Source of the DNA: Deinococcales bacterium
GTDB taxonomy: Bacteria; Deinococcota; Deinococci; Deinococcales; JAAFIG01
Assembly (NCBI GenBank): GCA_043778225.1
Contig: JAYWGM010000093.1
Location: 1-64,000 of the forward strand
Length of the DNA stretch: 64,000 nt
Reading direction: 5' to 3'
Part shown: positions 1 through 15,000 of the stretch, piece after piece
How positions within the stretch are numbered: the first letter of the stretch is position 1
How the letters are laid out: every line of letters starts with the position of its first letter
Position numbers and translations under genes: made by a program
Notes under the pieces: generated by a model
Databases searched by the model: none
Seen by the model: only the letters and a program-made list of their open reading frames with translations
Told to the model about the DNA's origin: nothing

Positions 1-2
1 AA

Positions 3-3000
3 CCAGTATTGACACCATATGTTATCCGCAAATTTAAGATTCGTTGTGGTGGATTGATGTTCTTTAATGGAGAACGCATTGCTTTTCCTAACCAAACATT
101 TACATTCGGTGAATGTGACATAGATAATCAGGCTTTTGTGACAGGTCGCTTTCCAAATGTCAAGAATCCACGATTGTACATTCGGAGCGCTCTAAAAACA
201 CTCACACCAAATACTTATTCGTACACACTTAATCCTTCTGGTAGTGGGGGAGTTGGTCGAATTTTTCTTAAACCCTTCTTCCTGCCAGGAATTACCGATC
301 TTATTGTTGTTGATGATCCAGATGCACCCAAGATTTTTGACCATAAGAGGTATCCAATTGGATCAAAGAAAATAATTTATGATATGGCAATAGATATTGA
401 TAGTTGGGATACTTTTGGACGTTCACTTTTAGATAATCCGTGTCAGTATGGCGTAGAAGATTTCTGGCTTAACAACATTGGAAAAGCAACGGCATCAGCC
501 CGCCGCGACCCACATATTGGTACTTTCGATGGACCTAGGCATAGTGTTCACGCGCTTGGCGAATTTGATTATATTCGTCCTCAAGACCCAACAGTTAAAG
601 AACCCCGTCTACAAGTTCGCCACGAATTACAACGTGCAGGTCAACCGTTTGCAATTGCCACAGCTCTGGCTTTGAAATACCGTGGACATACTGTAGAAGT
701 TCGAGCCAATAAAACTCCGCACTTGTGGATAGATGGTGTGCCAACCGATTACAAATTTCTCGAATTGGAAAAGGGCTTCACAGTGGATGTAGACCCGAAT
801 ACTGGGTCTGGCAAAATTTACTTTGGAAATGTCATGACTGAGTTCCAAAATATTGGTGGTGCGTTTGATATTTTGGCTCGAGCCGTTCAAAAAACTCCGA
901 TTGTAGGTTTGATGGGTTCACCTGATGGTATTCCTGGCAATAACCATGTTGGACCTGATGGTAAAGATGCACCAAGCAGTGCTGGCGAAATTGCTTTTGG
1001 CGAATTATGGCGTGTTCCTGAAAATGAATCGCAATTTACCTACAATGAGGGAAGTTACACTGCATTTAACAAGAAAAATGTTTACCTGAACCAATTGCCC
1101 ACCCCAGAAGAACTCGCGCCGTTCCTCGAGCAAGCCCGTACTTTGTTAAATGGTACTTGTGATACGGGTACTTCAACTGATGCTGGTCTCGAGGAAGCTG
1201 CTCTGGACTTGTATTCGGGCATGACTCAACTCGAGATTATGGCACACCTTTGTAATTACCAAGTCTTTGGTAAGGTCAAGAATAGAAATGCGCCTGATGT
1301 GCCGTTCTTAGGTTCAGTGGTCAAGATGACCTCGACCCAACTTGGTACGTGTAGCATTGCTTCGGATGCCACAGGTTACTTTAGCTGTACCATGCCACCT
1401 AAACCGGGGGCTGGAGTTGTGCCTAAAGTTAGTTTGGAGTTGGACGGTGAACAATTTGACCTGACCTTTGACCGCCGCGCTAAACCTGGCGAGATTCTAT
1501 CCATTCAAAAAGACCTCGAAGTTTCTCCTACTACCCTGCGCTTAAAAGGCAAGGTACTCGACCCCGAAGGTCAGCCCGTGCGTTTAGCCAAAATTCAGAT
1601 TCAAGCTCCCGGGCAGTTGCGGACAGTCACCACCGACGAAAATGGCTTGTACGATTTATATATTGCTTTTGTTAAATCTCAAGCAGACCGCGATGTGCTG
1701 TACAACATCACAGTCAATTCGCCTGGTCTGCGTTTTACCAAACGGGCTGGTGTGCGTCTGATTGCAGGTGGCTTAAAAGAAGTCACTGAGGATTTGCAAC
1801 TTGTTCGTTCGATTAAATTCTCGGGGCAAGTGCAAAATGCGTTGTTGCCTGGTCATTCGCTGGGTGGTGTCCTGACCATTCGTCGGGTGGGTGGGGTGCA
1901 GTTGTGTCAGGTGGTGGTGCAGGGGCATACAAGACTTGGTTCGGATGAGATTTCGGCTTTGAATTATGTTTCAACAGGTGGAAATGGGGCTTCAGCTTCA
2001 GCAACTTACACAGTTGGTAATCAGTCTTTCCGTGAGTACAAGTATGATAATCCAGACGAAATTCCATCGCCTGCTGGTGGGTATGTATGTACAGCCGATG
2101 TTAGTACCCTTGGCGCTTTTGATGCCGATTTTGAATTAAAAGGCGATTGGGGTACGTCCGTTACTCGAGTTCAAGTGCCAGCCAAATTAGCGGGGACTTC
2201 TCAAGAAGAAGAACCGTTTGTCCAAGACCTCGAGGGTCGTCCAGCAGTGGTGCGGTTCTTGGGTCGGGTGCTGGATAATGCTGGTCAACCGCAGTCTTTG
2301 TTTGCGGGTTTGCTGACCGATAATAAGTTATTTGCGGCTGATGCTTCGTTCAGAATGGGTTTGGGGTCGGCTGGGTTTGAACTGGCGGCAGTTCTAAAAG
2401 AGGGTATCATAGCAGGTGCAGTGCGTTTGCAGTCGTCTGGGGCTGGAGCGGCTGGAATTTTATATGGCTGGAAAGAGTACCTGATTGTTGGTGCAGCCGT
2501 AAACACCGTGGTTGAATCGGTTGCTGATTTGCGTTTAGGCGAACGCACCGTGGCTTTTTCTGGTGTGCTAAAAAATGCTTTGACCAATGCGGCAATTCCT
2601 GGTGAAGTGGTCATCTCGAGTCCTCAAGCTGGGGAATTGTGCCGCGCAAGCGTGGCTTGGAAAACCCGTGATAATTTAGTACCACCTACTGTTCCAGACG
2701 GAACATACTCGTGTACAGCCACAATCAAGCAATTCGGCGATATTGATGTGATTTATCAAGCAAGGGGCGCGTGGGGGGATGCTGCTACGGCTTTGCGTAA
2801 TGTGCTTCCAGCCGCTAAATCTTCTGTGGCACAGGATATTCAGGTCAATGCTGCTGTGCTGCGGGTATCAGGTGTGGTTAAAAATCGTCTTGGTAATACT
2901 GTTTCTGGCGCATTGGTGCGAGTCCCTGAAACCAGTGAGGCTTTTGATCCGCTCTATATGGCAAGTGATAAGAGTCTTGTTGCTTCTGGGGCAGATGGTA

Positions 3001-6000
3001 ATTATGGGCTGGACTTGCTGCTTAAAGCGGGTGTGACTTCTGGTCAGTTTGATGTTGAAGCCTCGCTCGAGGGTACAAATTCCGGGTTTGGTTTTGTCAC
3101 ACCAACTTTTGCCAATGCACAACCAACTGCAAAATTACCCGTTGCTGCTAATATCGAAATTTCAAGTGGGCGGGTGGTGAAGTTTATTGGGCAAGCTAAC
3201 AATGGACACCTCGAGTCAGCCCCATTGCGTGGTCGAGTGGTGATTAAGCATATTTCTGGAACAGAAATCTGTGCGACTCAAGTTGAAATTTCGGGTCAGT
3301 ACAGTTGTACTATTGTGCTTCAGTCAGCGGCGGCATTCACAGTTACACATACCTTAACGGGTGATTGGGGCGAATCGATTAGCGAACCAACCAGCGTTCC
3401 TGAAGGTCGAGCCAACACAGTTTCAAAGAATCTCGAGGGATTGCCAACTACGGTTGAAGTGACGGGTCGGGTGCGTGATACTGGTGATGTTCAGGTTTCT
3501 GGTGGGGCGGTTACGTTACTTGGTGACACTGGTTTCTTGTCTTCGGTCAGTACCTCTGAGTACCAAACAGGTGTGCGCGGTGAGTACCGTTTGGTTTTGG
3601 TTCTTAAACCCAATGCCCCTCGAGCTAGACTTGAGGTTTTGGCACGTTACTTTAAGGCAGAGGGTAAGAATCTGATTGATATTCAAAATGTGCAAGCTGG
3701 TCAATTTAAGGTTTTCAATTTGGATTTATTGGTGGCGCGTCCAGTACAAATTGCGGGTACGATCTCAAATCGCTTTGTTCCAAGCATGACCCTACCGGGG
3801 GCTATTCGCGCAAAACTAGCTGATGGGACTGAATTATGTCAAACCACGGCTGGAACAGACGGCAAATTTAGCTGCTTTGGACGTATCACCACCAGTGGTT
3901 CTGTACAAGCCACCTATACTGTTGAATCGTTCTGGGGGGCTGCTTCGCAAACAGCAATGATTCCAGCAGGTCATGCGTATAACACCTCTGAATCCAGCCA
4001 AGACCTGAGTCTGCCAGCCACAACAGTTAAATTCGCTGGAAAACTGATTGACACCACCACCAATGGCGCACCTTACCGAGGTAAAGTCAAAATCAGTGGT
4101 TTTGGTACAGTTCCGCTCGAGCTTGATGCAGATAACACTACAGGGGCTTATGCCGGTTATTCTGCTGCCCCTGCAAACAATCCTATTAGTGTACTGTGGC
4201 AAGCTCGAGACACGGCTAACAATGTGGCGGTGAAGACGCTTGGCGTGACGGCGGCGGCGAATGTTGTAACTGAGGTTCTAGCGGATTTACGACTCGAGAC
4301 TCGCACTCCTGGTACAGCGCGTTGGGCAAACCTGACGGGTGGAAGTTTCTTAGCTGCTCCTGCGGTTGGTACAGATGGAACATTGTATTACTTGGGTGTT
4401 GCTGGTAATACATTGCGTTTGTACGCTGTGGCGATAGATGGCAGTCCGCGTTGGGAATTGGATGTTAAGGATATTTCCCCTAATTCGTCGGAGCATTCTG
4501 CGCCAATGATTGGTCGTGATGGCACGATTTATGTGGCTCATGCTGGCGAAATTATTGCGGTGCGTTCAGATGCTTCAATTCGTTGGCGATATGTGTTTGA
4601 TGTCACTCGCGGTGCATCAGGGATGTTTGCGGCTACTCGAGATAGAATTGCTTTGTTAAAGATGGCAGAGCGCAGTGACCAAACCAATGCATTGGTTTTA
4701 TTGTCATCGGCTGGAGTCGTCCAAAAAACCATTGATTTTGGCGCTGTTGCTGTTGGATATTTACGGATTGGTAATGATGGGACTATCTATCTACAAGCTG
4801 AACAACAATTATTAGCCTTTAATCCTGACGGTTCTAAGCGTTGGTCAGTCGAGAATAATTCACCACTGGCAATTGGTCATTCTGGCGAGTTGTATCTGCC
4901 AACCAGTCGTGGTCTCGAGGTTGTTTCGGCTAATTTAAGACCGCTTTGGCAAACCACTTTTGCCGCACGCCAAGTGACTGTTGGTGCAGTTGGTCAGATT
5001 TACGCTTTGAATTCAACCCAGGTCACTTCGTTACGTTCTGATGGCACAACCCGTTGGATTACAACTACTGCCAATGGCACACAATTTCGTTCAATGACAC
5101 TTGGCAACGATGATTTGTTGTATGTGGCGGCTGAACGAAATGACCCAAATACAAATGCCTCTACAGGTTTGGTGATTGCTTATAAGCCTGATGGAACAGA
5201 GGCTTGGCGTTTCTCGAGTCCCGCCCCGATGAGTCAAATCACGATGGGAGTAGATGGCACGGTTTACGGCGGCGGCGATAAACTCTATGCCATCAATTCA
5301 ACCGCCACTGCACCGTTAAATGGTGCATGGATTCAGCACTTTGCCGGAATTGGGAATCAGAATGCTGCCCCTGCCAATACCGATGCTCGTCGTTTGATCA
5401 AAATAACAGGTGTTCTGAACAATGCCAATTTGACCACTCAAGTCCTCGAGAACTATAAGGTTCAAGTGAACCGTGCTGATGGCACACTATTCTGTAATGC
5501 AGTCACTGATGCTCTGGGGCGTTATGAATGTTCGGCACTGAGTTCATTGGATGCCCAGAATCTGCAACTCGAGTTCCAAGGTATTTATGGCAATCTGCAA
5601 CGATCCATCAGCCTCGAGGCTGGCGCTGCTGATTCACAAGTGACTTCACAACAAGATGCTTCTCTTGCTGTCACAACCTTAATACTTAGTGGTCGGGTTG
5701 TTGACCATGAACAAAAGCCACTTGCCAATGCCAGTGTCAAATTGACAGGACAAATCACGGATACAAAGACGACTGACGCACAAGGTAACTTTAGTGGTAT
5801 ATACCGTTTTGCGCCTGATCGTACTCGAGTTCTAGCCTCAGTTGAAGTCAGTGATGGTGTAGCTACAGTCATCTCACCGCTTGAGGTAGTCCTAACACCT
5901 AAGGCACTGACTCGTTCAGAGCCAGTCATTACAATTAACCGATTTGCCCCTGGAATGTCTCGTTGGCGCACCAAACTTCCTGGTGATGTGATTGGCTCAC

Positions 6001-9000
6001 CCGTTACCAATTCAATTGGAATAACCTATGTCACAACCACTACCGCTAAACTTGTTGAAGTGAAAACCAGTGGGCAGATTGGTTGGATTGTGGCATTATC
6101 TGCACCTTCGAGCTTTGCACCAACTATTGCTTCAGATGGAACTGTTTATGTCAGTGTTGGAACGGCACTCGAGGCATACACCTCTGCTGGTGCGCTGAAG
6201 TGGCGCTACACTGCCTCTACAGCACTTTCAGCCCCAATTACGCTTGACCATACCGATAGACCCGTACTTGCTACTCGAGATTCGATAACAGCACTTGAAA
6301 TCACTGGCGGACTGCGTTGGAAATTTGATACCACCGATGCTCCGATTCAAATTGCTATTGGTGGCGACAGCACAATCTTTGCGCTCAGTCCAAGTGGCTC
6401 GTTGCGAGCAGTGAGCGCAACAGGGCAACCACGTTGGACTCGAGCAGGTGTTGGTTCTCAATTTGCAATTGCAGCTACTGGACATCCCGTATTTACATCC
6501 AATACGGCAATTACTTGGCTTGATTCTTATGGTGATGATGCTCGAGTTGTAACAGTTGCAGGGATAACTGGTAAGGCTCTTCTAGCGCTTAAAGATGGTC
6601 GTGTTGTAGTTACAACAATAGATCAGATTGTTATCGTTGGCTCGGATAATGTCGTTAAATCAATCAATATGACCGCTCATGGTCTGGCAATTGGAGAGGA
6701 TAACTTTATTTATGCCCTACATCCAGATCAAATTCGTGGATTTACAGCCACAGGTAGCGAAACGTGGCGGGCTACTGGAGATCCTGATTTAGTTTCTGTG
6801 CCAAGTATCAGTAATGGTCAGTTATTGGTGGTTACTGGTAAAGATACTTTGATGGCATTGAACATTTCATCGCAAGGATTGGCATCTGGTTGGAGTCGTT
6901 TTGGTGCGAATCAAATGAATGCCAGTCGTACTGAATTGCAGCCAGCCGTCCTTGGGCGAATAGTGAAGTTCACAGGTTCTGTTGCTAATCAATTTAATCT
7001 AAGCCAAAAACTAGCTGGGTATGAAATCGAAATTCGTGAATCGAGCAACCGCTTGTTGTGTCGTACCTACAGTGATGTGACTGGTACTTACCTCTGTGCT
7101 TCGCCAATTGTTCCTGCAACTTCTATTGCAACAAAATATGCCGTATCAAAGCGTTGGTCGGATACAGAACTCGACAGTGCTGAATTAATTGGTGCTGTTG
7201 ATGCAGCTTCTAATGGAGATGAAACACCAGTTGGCAAAGCTTTAGCTGTTCCACTGACGACACTTCGGGTCTTTGGTATAGTTAAGAATGGTGATGGTTT
7301 AATCCTCCCAAATGCTACTGTTTCTATTCAGTCACAAGGTGAACGCGAAACTCGAGTAACGACTGACAACGATGGTAAGTACAGCGCATATTTCTCGTTC
7401 CGTCCACAAGTTAGAGTTACTTCATTTACTGTTATCGCAACAAATGGTACTGAAAACTCGAGCCTTCAATTTGAAATCACTCCTGTTTTCCAACAACTGG
7501 TGGCAAAAGAATTAAATGTGACTATTGGTGACCGAACTGGTGGTGCATTGCGTTGGACAGTACCAAGTCGTTCTGGTGAAACTAATATTATTTTGGATTC
7601 TGCCGATGCGGTATATCTAAAAAGTGGTGTTTATACAACGGCAGGACAATTACAAAATGGTTTCTCGGGAGGCAATCCTATTGTTGTCTCCTCGGCTGGT
7701 ATTCTTGGCGAAGGATTAAGTTTGGCTCGTTCGGATGGAACGCTGCGTTGGAATTTATCAGCAACTGTCTACAGTGCGTCTCCAAGCAGTGATGGCTTTC
7801 ATGTCATTTCGATTGATTCGGCACGGCAATACCGTTACCTGAATGTTTCTGGTAATGGTGTGATTCGTGAAACAACAACCATTGACTCAGGCTGGAAAGT
7901 TCTAGGCTCACCAATTGTTCGACCAGATGGAACAGCACTTGTTATCGCCTATAGCCCCAGTGGTGTTTTACAATTTCATCGTTTTAATGCCGATGGCGCT
8001 CCTCAAATGGTTTCCCAAGCTCAACTGTTCCTTGCCCCTAATGCAACTGAAATAAATGACCCTTTAACTTTTCAACAACCAGTTCCTACCAGCGACAATG
8101 GTGTACTACTGTATACTAAAGGCGCAAGTAGTGTTCAGCTTAGTAAACTTTCGATTACGGGAGTAACCATTTGGTCAGTCTCATTATCCGACTTGCCTGT
8201 TGCTGCACCTGTCATTGCAGCTGATGGGGCGATTAAAATTGCTGTCGGAACAAGTATTCTAACTTTTGAAACTACAGGTCAAGTACGCACAACCATAAAT
8301 ATACAACCCTTGCTCAGTAACTACAGCGATATTTTTCTCCAAGGTATTGCTATTGGACAAGACCAATCATTGATTGTCACCCTCAACGCAAATGGTCGAA
8401 TGGCGTTGCTTGTATTAAAACCAACAGGTGAAAAACGCTGGAGCTATGAACGGCTTTGTGCCACCACACCACAGCAACCATCCCTTTTTGCTCGTACAAT
8501 CAGGGTGGCTCTTGATGGAACGGTACTCACAACGCTGTGTTCTGATGTAGTAGCTGTAACTGGGTCTACGCTTGGACTTGCAACCACAAACTGGGCAGCT
8601 ATTGGACGGGATAACCAGAACTCAAGTCGAATTGAAGGGGATGGTCAAAATCGCCGTACTATTCGAGTTATTGGAAAAGTCAAAAATAGCAATCTTCTAA
8701 CCCATCTCTTTACTCGTCAAAAAGTAACTGTCACAAACGAAAACAATCAAGTGATCTGTCAAGTTCTAAGCGATACAACAGGTCTGTATCGATGTGGATT
8801 TGATACTTCAAATAGGAATGCAATGACTTGGCAGGTCAAGGTAGATGATGAATATGGCATGGCAAGTCAAACGCTTACTGTTGCCGCAGGCGAATTTAAT
8901 ACCCGCACTGAACTTGAGCAAGACTTACTGATTCCTGCGAAAACATTGGTACTCAATGGAACACTTAAACTCGCAGATGGTAGTTTGGGTATTGGCAAAC

Positions 9001-12000
9001 TGGTTACTTTCAAGCTGGGCATCAATCCAGCCTTTGAAACAACCAGTGGTAATGATGGTAAGTACACTTTTACCTTTGTTTACCCCAACAATCAAATGAC
9101 CGTTACGCCAGAGCTTCGATTTAGCGATTCAGGTCAAGATGCTATCGCCAGACCATTAGTAGAATTAACTCCGCTCATAACCACGACATTTACTCAAGAC
9201 TTACAACTTGGAGTACAAGCTGGTGGTACAGAACGTTGGCGTGCAGCCCTTGCTAATGGCTCAGAACTTGCTCTTGCGCCAAACGGATCAATTCGCTTAC
9301 TAACAGATGGCTATTTGCAAGCCCTGAATCCCGATGGCTCGTTGTTATGGCGTGTACCAGAAGCTGTGGGTGATGCGAAAATCATGGTTGATATGGATAG
9401 TGTGACCTATATTGCCCGCGGCGGTTTTTGGTTTGCCTATAACCCTGATGGTACACGTAAATACTATGCAAGTAATTTGCCAAACTATCCAATTGGTATG
9501 ACTCAGAACGCGGCTCGAGGCTTTGTAATTGCATATCAAAATTCCATTGTTGCCTTGGATCGTAATGCAACCGAACAATGGCGCTATGTGCCAACCTCTG
9601 GAAATTTCACCACTGCTCCAATCTCATTGCTCAATGGAAACACGGTGGTTGGCACAACTCAATCTGTAATGACACTCAGTCCTACAGGTGCTGTTGTCTC
9701 GAGTCTGGCTACTCCATCTATACAAAATTTGATCTTGAATGGTGATAACATAATTCTAAGTGCAGGATCAGCTATTCGAGCCATCCAAGGGACAACTCAG
9801 GCTTGGATATTTAATGCTAATGCCGCCAATCTTGCTCACCTGGTTGCCGATAAAGATGGAGTTATGTACTTCAGTGAGGGTAATAACGTTGTTGCTCTTA
9901 ACAAAGATGGCTTGTTGCGTTGGCGCAAAGACCTTGGTATGGCAGTGGGTTCATTGGTTATTGGTCAAGACGGTGTACTGCACGTTGTTGGTCAGACTGC
10001 ACTCGTGAGTCTTAATCCTGATGGTAGTCTGCGTTGGACGACCCCAACTACTAATCCAAAGCTAGTTATTGCCCCAGTTATTGCGGCTGATGGAACAATC
10101 ATTCATTCGACTTCCACGCATTTTATCGCAAATTATACGGATTCTCGAGGGCTGGCTAGCACTTGGGCGCGCTATGGTGCCAATAACGCCAATACCAATA
10201 GCTTTGTTGCGGTTACAGCCCTGAATCTGCCTAGAGTTGTTAAATTCCGAGGTTCTGCCAGTAATCGCTTTATCCCTAATTCCCGCCTCGAGGGTTACGA
10301 AGTTGACATCACCACACCAGATGGACGATTACTTTGTAACGCCAAAACCAATACAAACGGTATTTATGAATGCAGTTCAATGCTCGAGGCAACAACAGTT
10401 AATGTTCAGTACCGTATTCGCGGGGTACTCACTACAGCTAATTTTACTAGCACTGTACCAATGGGTTCTGTTGCTATTGAACATACAACAAATCTTGATG
10501 TTCCAATCACAACATTAAAAATCGAAGGCACAGTGCAAGATGTTCAGCTTTCACCACAAGCCATTATAAATGCAAGTATCGCAATTCAGACACCAGCTTT
10601 AACTACAGTAACCGATTCAAGCGGCACCTATAGTTTCTATATCCCATACGCTGATGGTATAACCCAAACCAATTTGCAAATCACAGCAACATTCGCTGGG
10701 AACTCGAGCAGTAGCTCAGTAACAAATGCACTAACCGCAAACGGACTGACATCCATAAATAAGAATTTTGTACTCGACAATCGAGTTCTTGGGGCAGTTG
10801 CGCGTACTCTTGATCTTGGTGGTTCAATAATTGGTACACCGGTGATAGGCTCAAGTGGCATTATCTATGTTGGTTCAACCGCAGGTGTACACGCAATCAA
10901 TCCAGATGGTTCTGAGCGTTGGCGATACTCAACTCGTCGCCCAAACTCTCAAGTTCGTCTTGTACCAGACCAGTCAATTGTGTTCAGTGATGGCTCAAGC
11001 GTTATTAAATTGCGAACAGATGGGACACAAGATTGGTTGGCGGTTGGGCGTGCGGATGTGTTAGCAATAGCTTCAAACGGTACGATTTATACAAGAACTC
11101 GTACCCAAACAATCAATGGAATCAGTTTTAATCTGACAGCACTTAGTTCAACAGGAAGTTTAGACTGGTTATCCGATGTGCCTACCGAACCAAATGCGTT
11201 TGCAATTGCTCCAGATGGTGGTTTAATAACGGTTAGTTACCTTGGTTTGGTTATAATCAATCCAAATGGATCGAAACGCTGGTCAAAAGCATTGCCTTAC
11301 TATTTATATAATCCAACCCTAACACTTGGTAAAACAGGAATATGGTTAGTCGGCAGTGCGGGTACACTTGGATTTGACTACACTGGACAGCAAATCTGGG
11401 CTAGTTCTTCGCTTAACCAAAACAGTCCAAGCACCTCTGGGTTAGCTATAGATCAATCAGAATCAAGGCGATTTATTCAAGATGGTCAGCTTGTTTCTAC
11501 CGACGCGAGTGGTGTTGTACAATCACAAGTAACCATTCCAAATGTTCAATTGTTTACACCAACGCTAAGTGATGATGACACAACTTATGTGTTGACTACT
11601 TCTGGTGCAGTAGCTGTTGGCAGTGATAACCAAATTAAATGGACATATGTGGGTACTGTTCAATCACAATTTGCTTTACCAGTCGCTGGACGATCAGTTT
11701 TGCTCAGTCAGGGCAACAGACTTATATGGGTTAATAGCAGTTCTGCATCGCTAAAAACAAACGCAGCTTGGGCAAGTCAGCAGGGTGATACCTCAGCCTC
11801 TCGTCGCTTACCATCTGACGGTATTACACGTCGCTATTTAGAATTTAGTGGCAAGATTACTCACGCTTCGATCCCTAATTTTGCAATAGCAAATGCTACT
11901 GTTGTAGTAAAACAGAATGCTGAAGTTCTATGTTCTACAATCACTACCGCAACGGGTGATTACCGTTGTGGTAGCCCTACAAACTTGATGACCACTCTGA

Positions 12001-15000
12001 CAGCAACTCTTGAAGTTACCAGTACATTTGGGTCAGTAATAGGGAATGTCAATGTGGCGGCAGGAATTGCCAACTCGCTGACAAACACCAATACAAGTCT
12101 TACGATAAGTCCCACAACTGTTAAAATAACAGGACAAACCTTAGACTCGGCTCAACAACCAGTTGGTGGATTACAAATTAGGGTGTTGAATGTACCCGTC
12201 TCAAACATTGTCACTAAATCAGATGGAACAGTCATTCCTCTGCAATGGTCTCCACTTGACCAGACCTCAGCAATTTTGCTGGAAGGTGATGCCAATGGAA
12301 ATTTTGAAGTTTGGATTACTTTACCAAGCGATACATCAACCACAAATTTTGTTTTCAAGGCGCTTAATCCAAGTGGTGGTGGGACAGCAAATGTTACTGT
12401 GCAACAGAATCTAAGTTCTGGGGTTCTCAATACCGTTAGCGTTCCAATGACTTTGCAGCAGACAGCCCAGCGTATCTATGGGCGAATTGAAAAACCTAAT
12501 GGTCAGGCATATGCCAGCACGCCAGTACGAATTCGCTCATCGGTTTTTGTTCAAGCCATTGACGCAAGTAATCAGTCCCTTGGTACAGGATATGAGTTCA
12601 ATGTCCAGTCGAATGCGACCGGACAATACGCGATAACCTTGAATTATCTCAATGAAGTTACTTCAGATGTTCGGGTGGATTTGACCGCAAACATTGTTGG
12701 AAACTTAGTTGAGAAGTCTGTGACCTCAACGCTACAACAAGGTACTGTTTTACAAAAACCAACTGATTTTAGCTTTGATAACACAGTCTTAGGTGTATCA
12801 AATTGGCGATTAGCCCTTCCGAATCGAACAAGCAATAAATCAACTACGCCTGCAATTGCTAATGATGGAACAATTTACTCGAGCCAAGCAAATAAGCTCA
12901 TCGCTGTTGAGTCAAGTGGCATTGAAAAATGGCGAAAAGATATTGCCGTAGATTGCCGTGGAGACTATGTTACACCAAGCAATCCTGTGATACGAGATGA
13001 TGGTGTTGTGCTTGTGGTTGGCTGGTGTACTTTCAATTCTGGATTATCCAGACTGCATGCCTTCTCCTCAAGTGGGGCAGAATTGTGGACGTTTAATATT
13101 CAAGGCACAAACGGCTCACAAATCGCTCTAGGTACTAATTCAACAGCATATGTGGCTAAGAATGGACCTAACGAACTGGTTGCAATTTCTGCACTAGGAG
13201 TAGAACTTTGGTCAACCACCGTAACGCTCGAATACAATCTTCCAGGTAAACTGCTGATCGGACCAGATGAAACAATATATACGATTGGACTAGATGACGC
13301 TTACAACGGTAATTCAACAATAACTGCAATCAATCTGGACGGAAGTGTTAGATGGACTTATAGTATGATATTAGGTTTACACAGCGCAGCAATAGGAACA
13401 GATGGAACACTATTTGTAGCGGGTTCTAGGTCAGGTTACAACAACCCTGAAGTTAGTAAGTTGATTGCATTTTTACCAAGTGGAAAGCTATCTTTTACCA
13501 AAAATATCAGTAACTCAAATGGAAATCGTACTCACTCATTGATTGTCTTACCAAACAACCAGTTATTACTTGCAAGAGAACGAACATCCACAATTTATAA
13601 TTTCAATGGAGATATTGTTCAGAACCTAAATATTGGTGGCTATGCGATTGGTGCAGACGGATTAATTTATGGACGCAGCAATGATGATAATGGTACATCT
13701 GCAATGTCATTGTTAAATGTTTCCCAGTGGGAATTCTTAAAATCAGGTCAAGGGGCTATTGGCACTAATTATCTATATTTACAAACAGGTGACGAGCTTC
13801 TTGCCATCAATACAGGTGCAGTAGGACTGGCGAATACTTCATGGGCGAGTGAATACAAAAATCAATTTAATACATCACGTATTCCATCTGATGGTCTTGC
13901 GCGTCGGTTTGTAAAACTTACTGGATTAGTTAAACAAGCAGCTAACAACCTTCCTGTGGGGGGAGCAACCGTAGTGATCCAGATGGCAAATGGTGACCAA
14001 TTTTGTACCACCACATCTGATGGGAATGGAAATTATTCTTGTGGTTCGCCAACAGAAGAATTTAATGCATTTGTACTAGAAGCTCGAGTAACCCAAAGTC
14101 CATACGGAACGACGGTAGCACCTGTACAAATACCCGCAGCAGCCTCTGGAAGCACCACCCTACTCAATCAAGACCTTGCTGTAGCTCGAGCGCAAATTCG
14201 ATTCACTGGAATTGTGACCGACAGAGCGACACCACCAAATCCAATAAGTGGAGCAGTTATTCAGATTAATGGTGATATTTATGGGAATACTACAACTGAC
14301 AGTAGTGGACTCTATAGTTTGCTACTTGACGTAAATCGTACAAGTATTACCATTCAGCTAAAAGTTAATGATGCTGCTAATCAAGAAACTAGATCAATCA
14401 CGATTAGTCCTCCTGCTGGTCAGATTACAGAGCGTATTGAAAATTTCCAATTTGATCAAATGGCAATTGGAGCAGCACGTTGGGCATTTAAGACAGATGG
14501 GAATGGGTCTTTGCGGTATTCTGTACCAGCGATTGATTCTAGTGGAAATATATATTTGACAAACTCTAGTGGCTTAGTCGTTTCGCTTTCACCGACAGGT
14601 CAGGAACGTTGGCGTAAAACTTTGCAAGGGTTTATAACAACTCCTGTTATTGGAATTTCAGGCATAATTTTTGTTTCAGATACACAAAAACTTTACGCTT
14701 TTGATTCTGCGGGTATTGAAGTTTGGTCACAAAGCCTACAGAATGATGGTGCGGCTAAACTAGCGGTGACACCATCGGGTGCAGTTATTGCGTTATCAAA
14801 AACTAAAATCAGGCGTTTTTCTCAAGCAGGCTTACTTGAATGGACTCAACCTGTCTCGAATGGAGAAAGTTATTCAAGCTTTTCACCAGTTGTATTGACG
14901 AACGAACAGGTTCTATACTGTATTTCACCGTATTACTCTGGGAGCGGACTTTATGCGTTAAATGCCGACGGAAGTCAAGCATGGCGGTCAACAGTAAATT

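Noticed and set aside
5963..5972. ttggcgcacc match to the tRNA-Arg 3' end as a possible second att site
   Set aside because: Only ~10 bp, inside the uninterrupted giant ORF; compatible with chance
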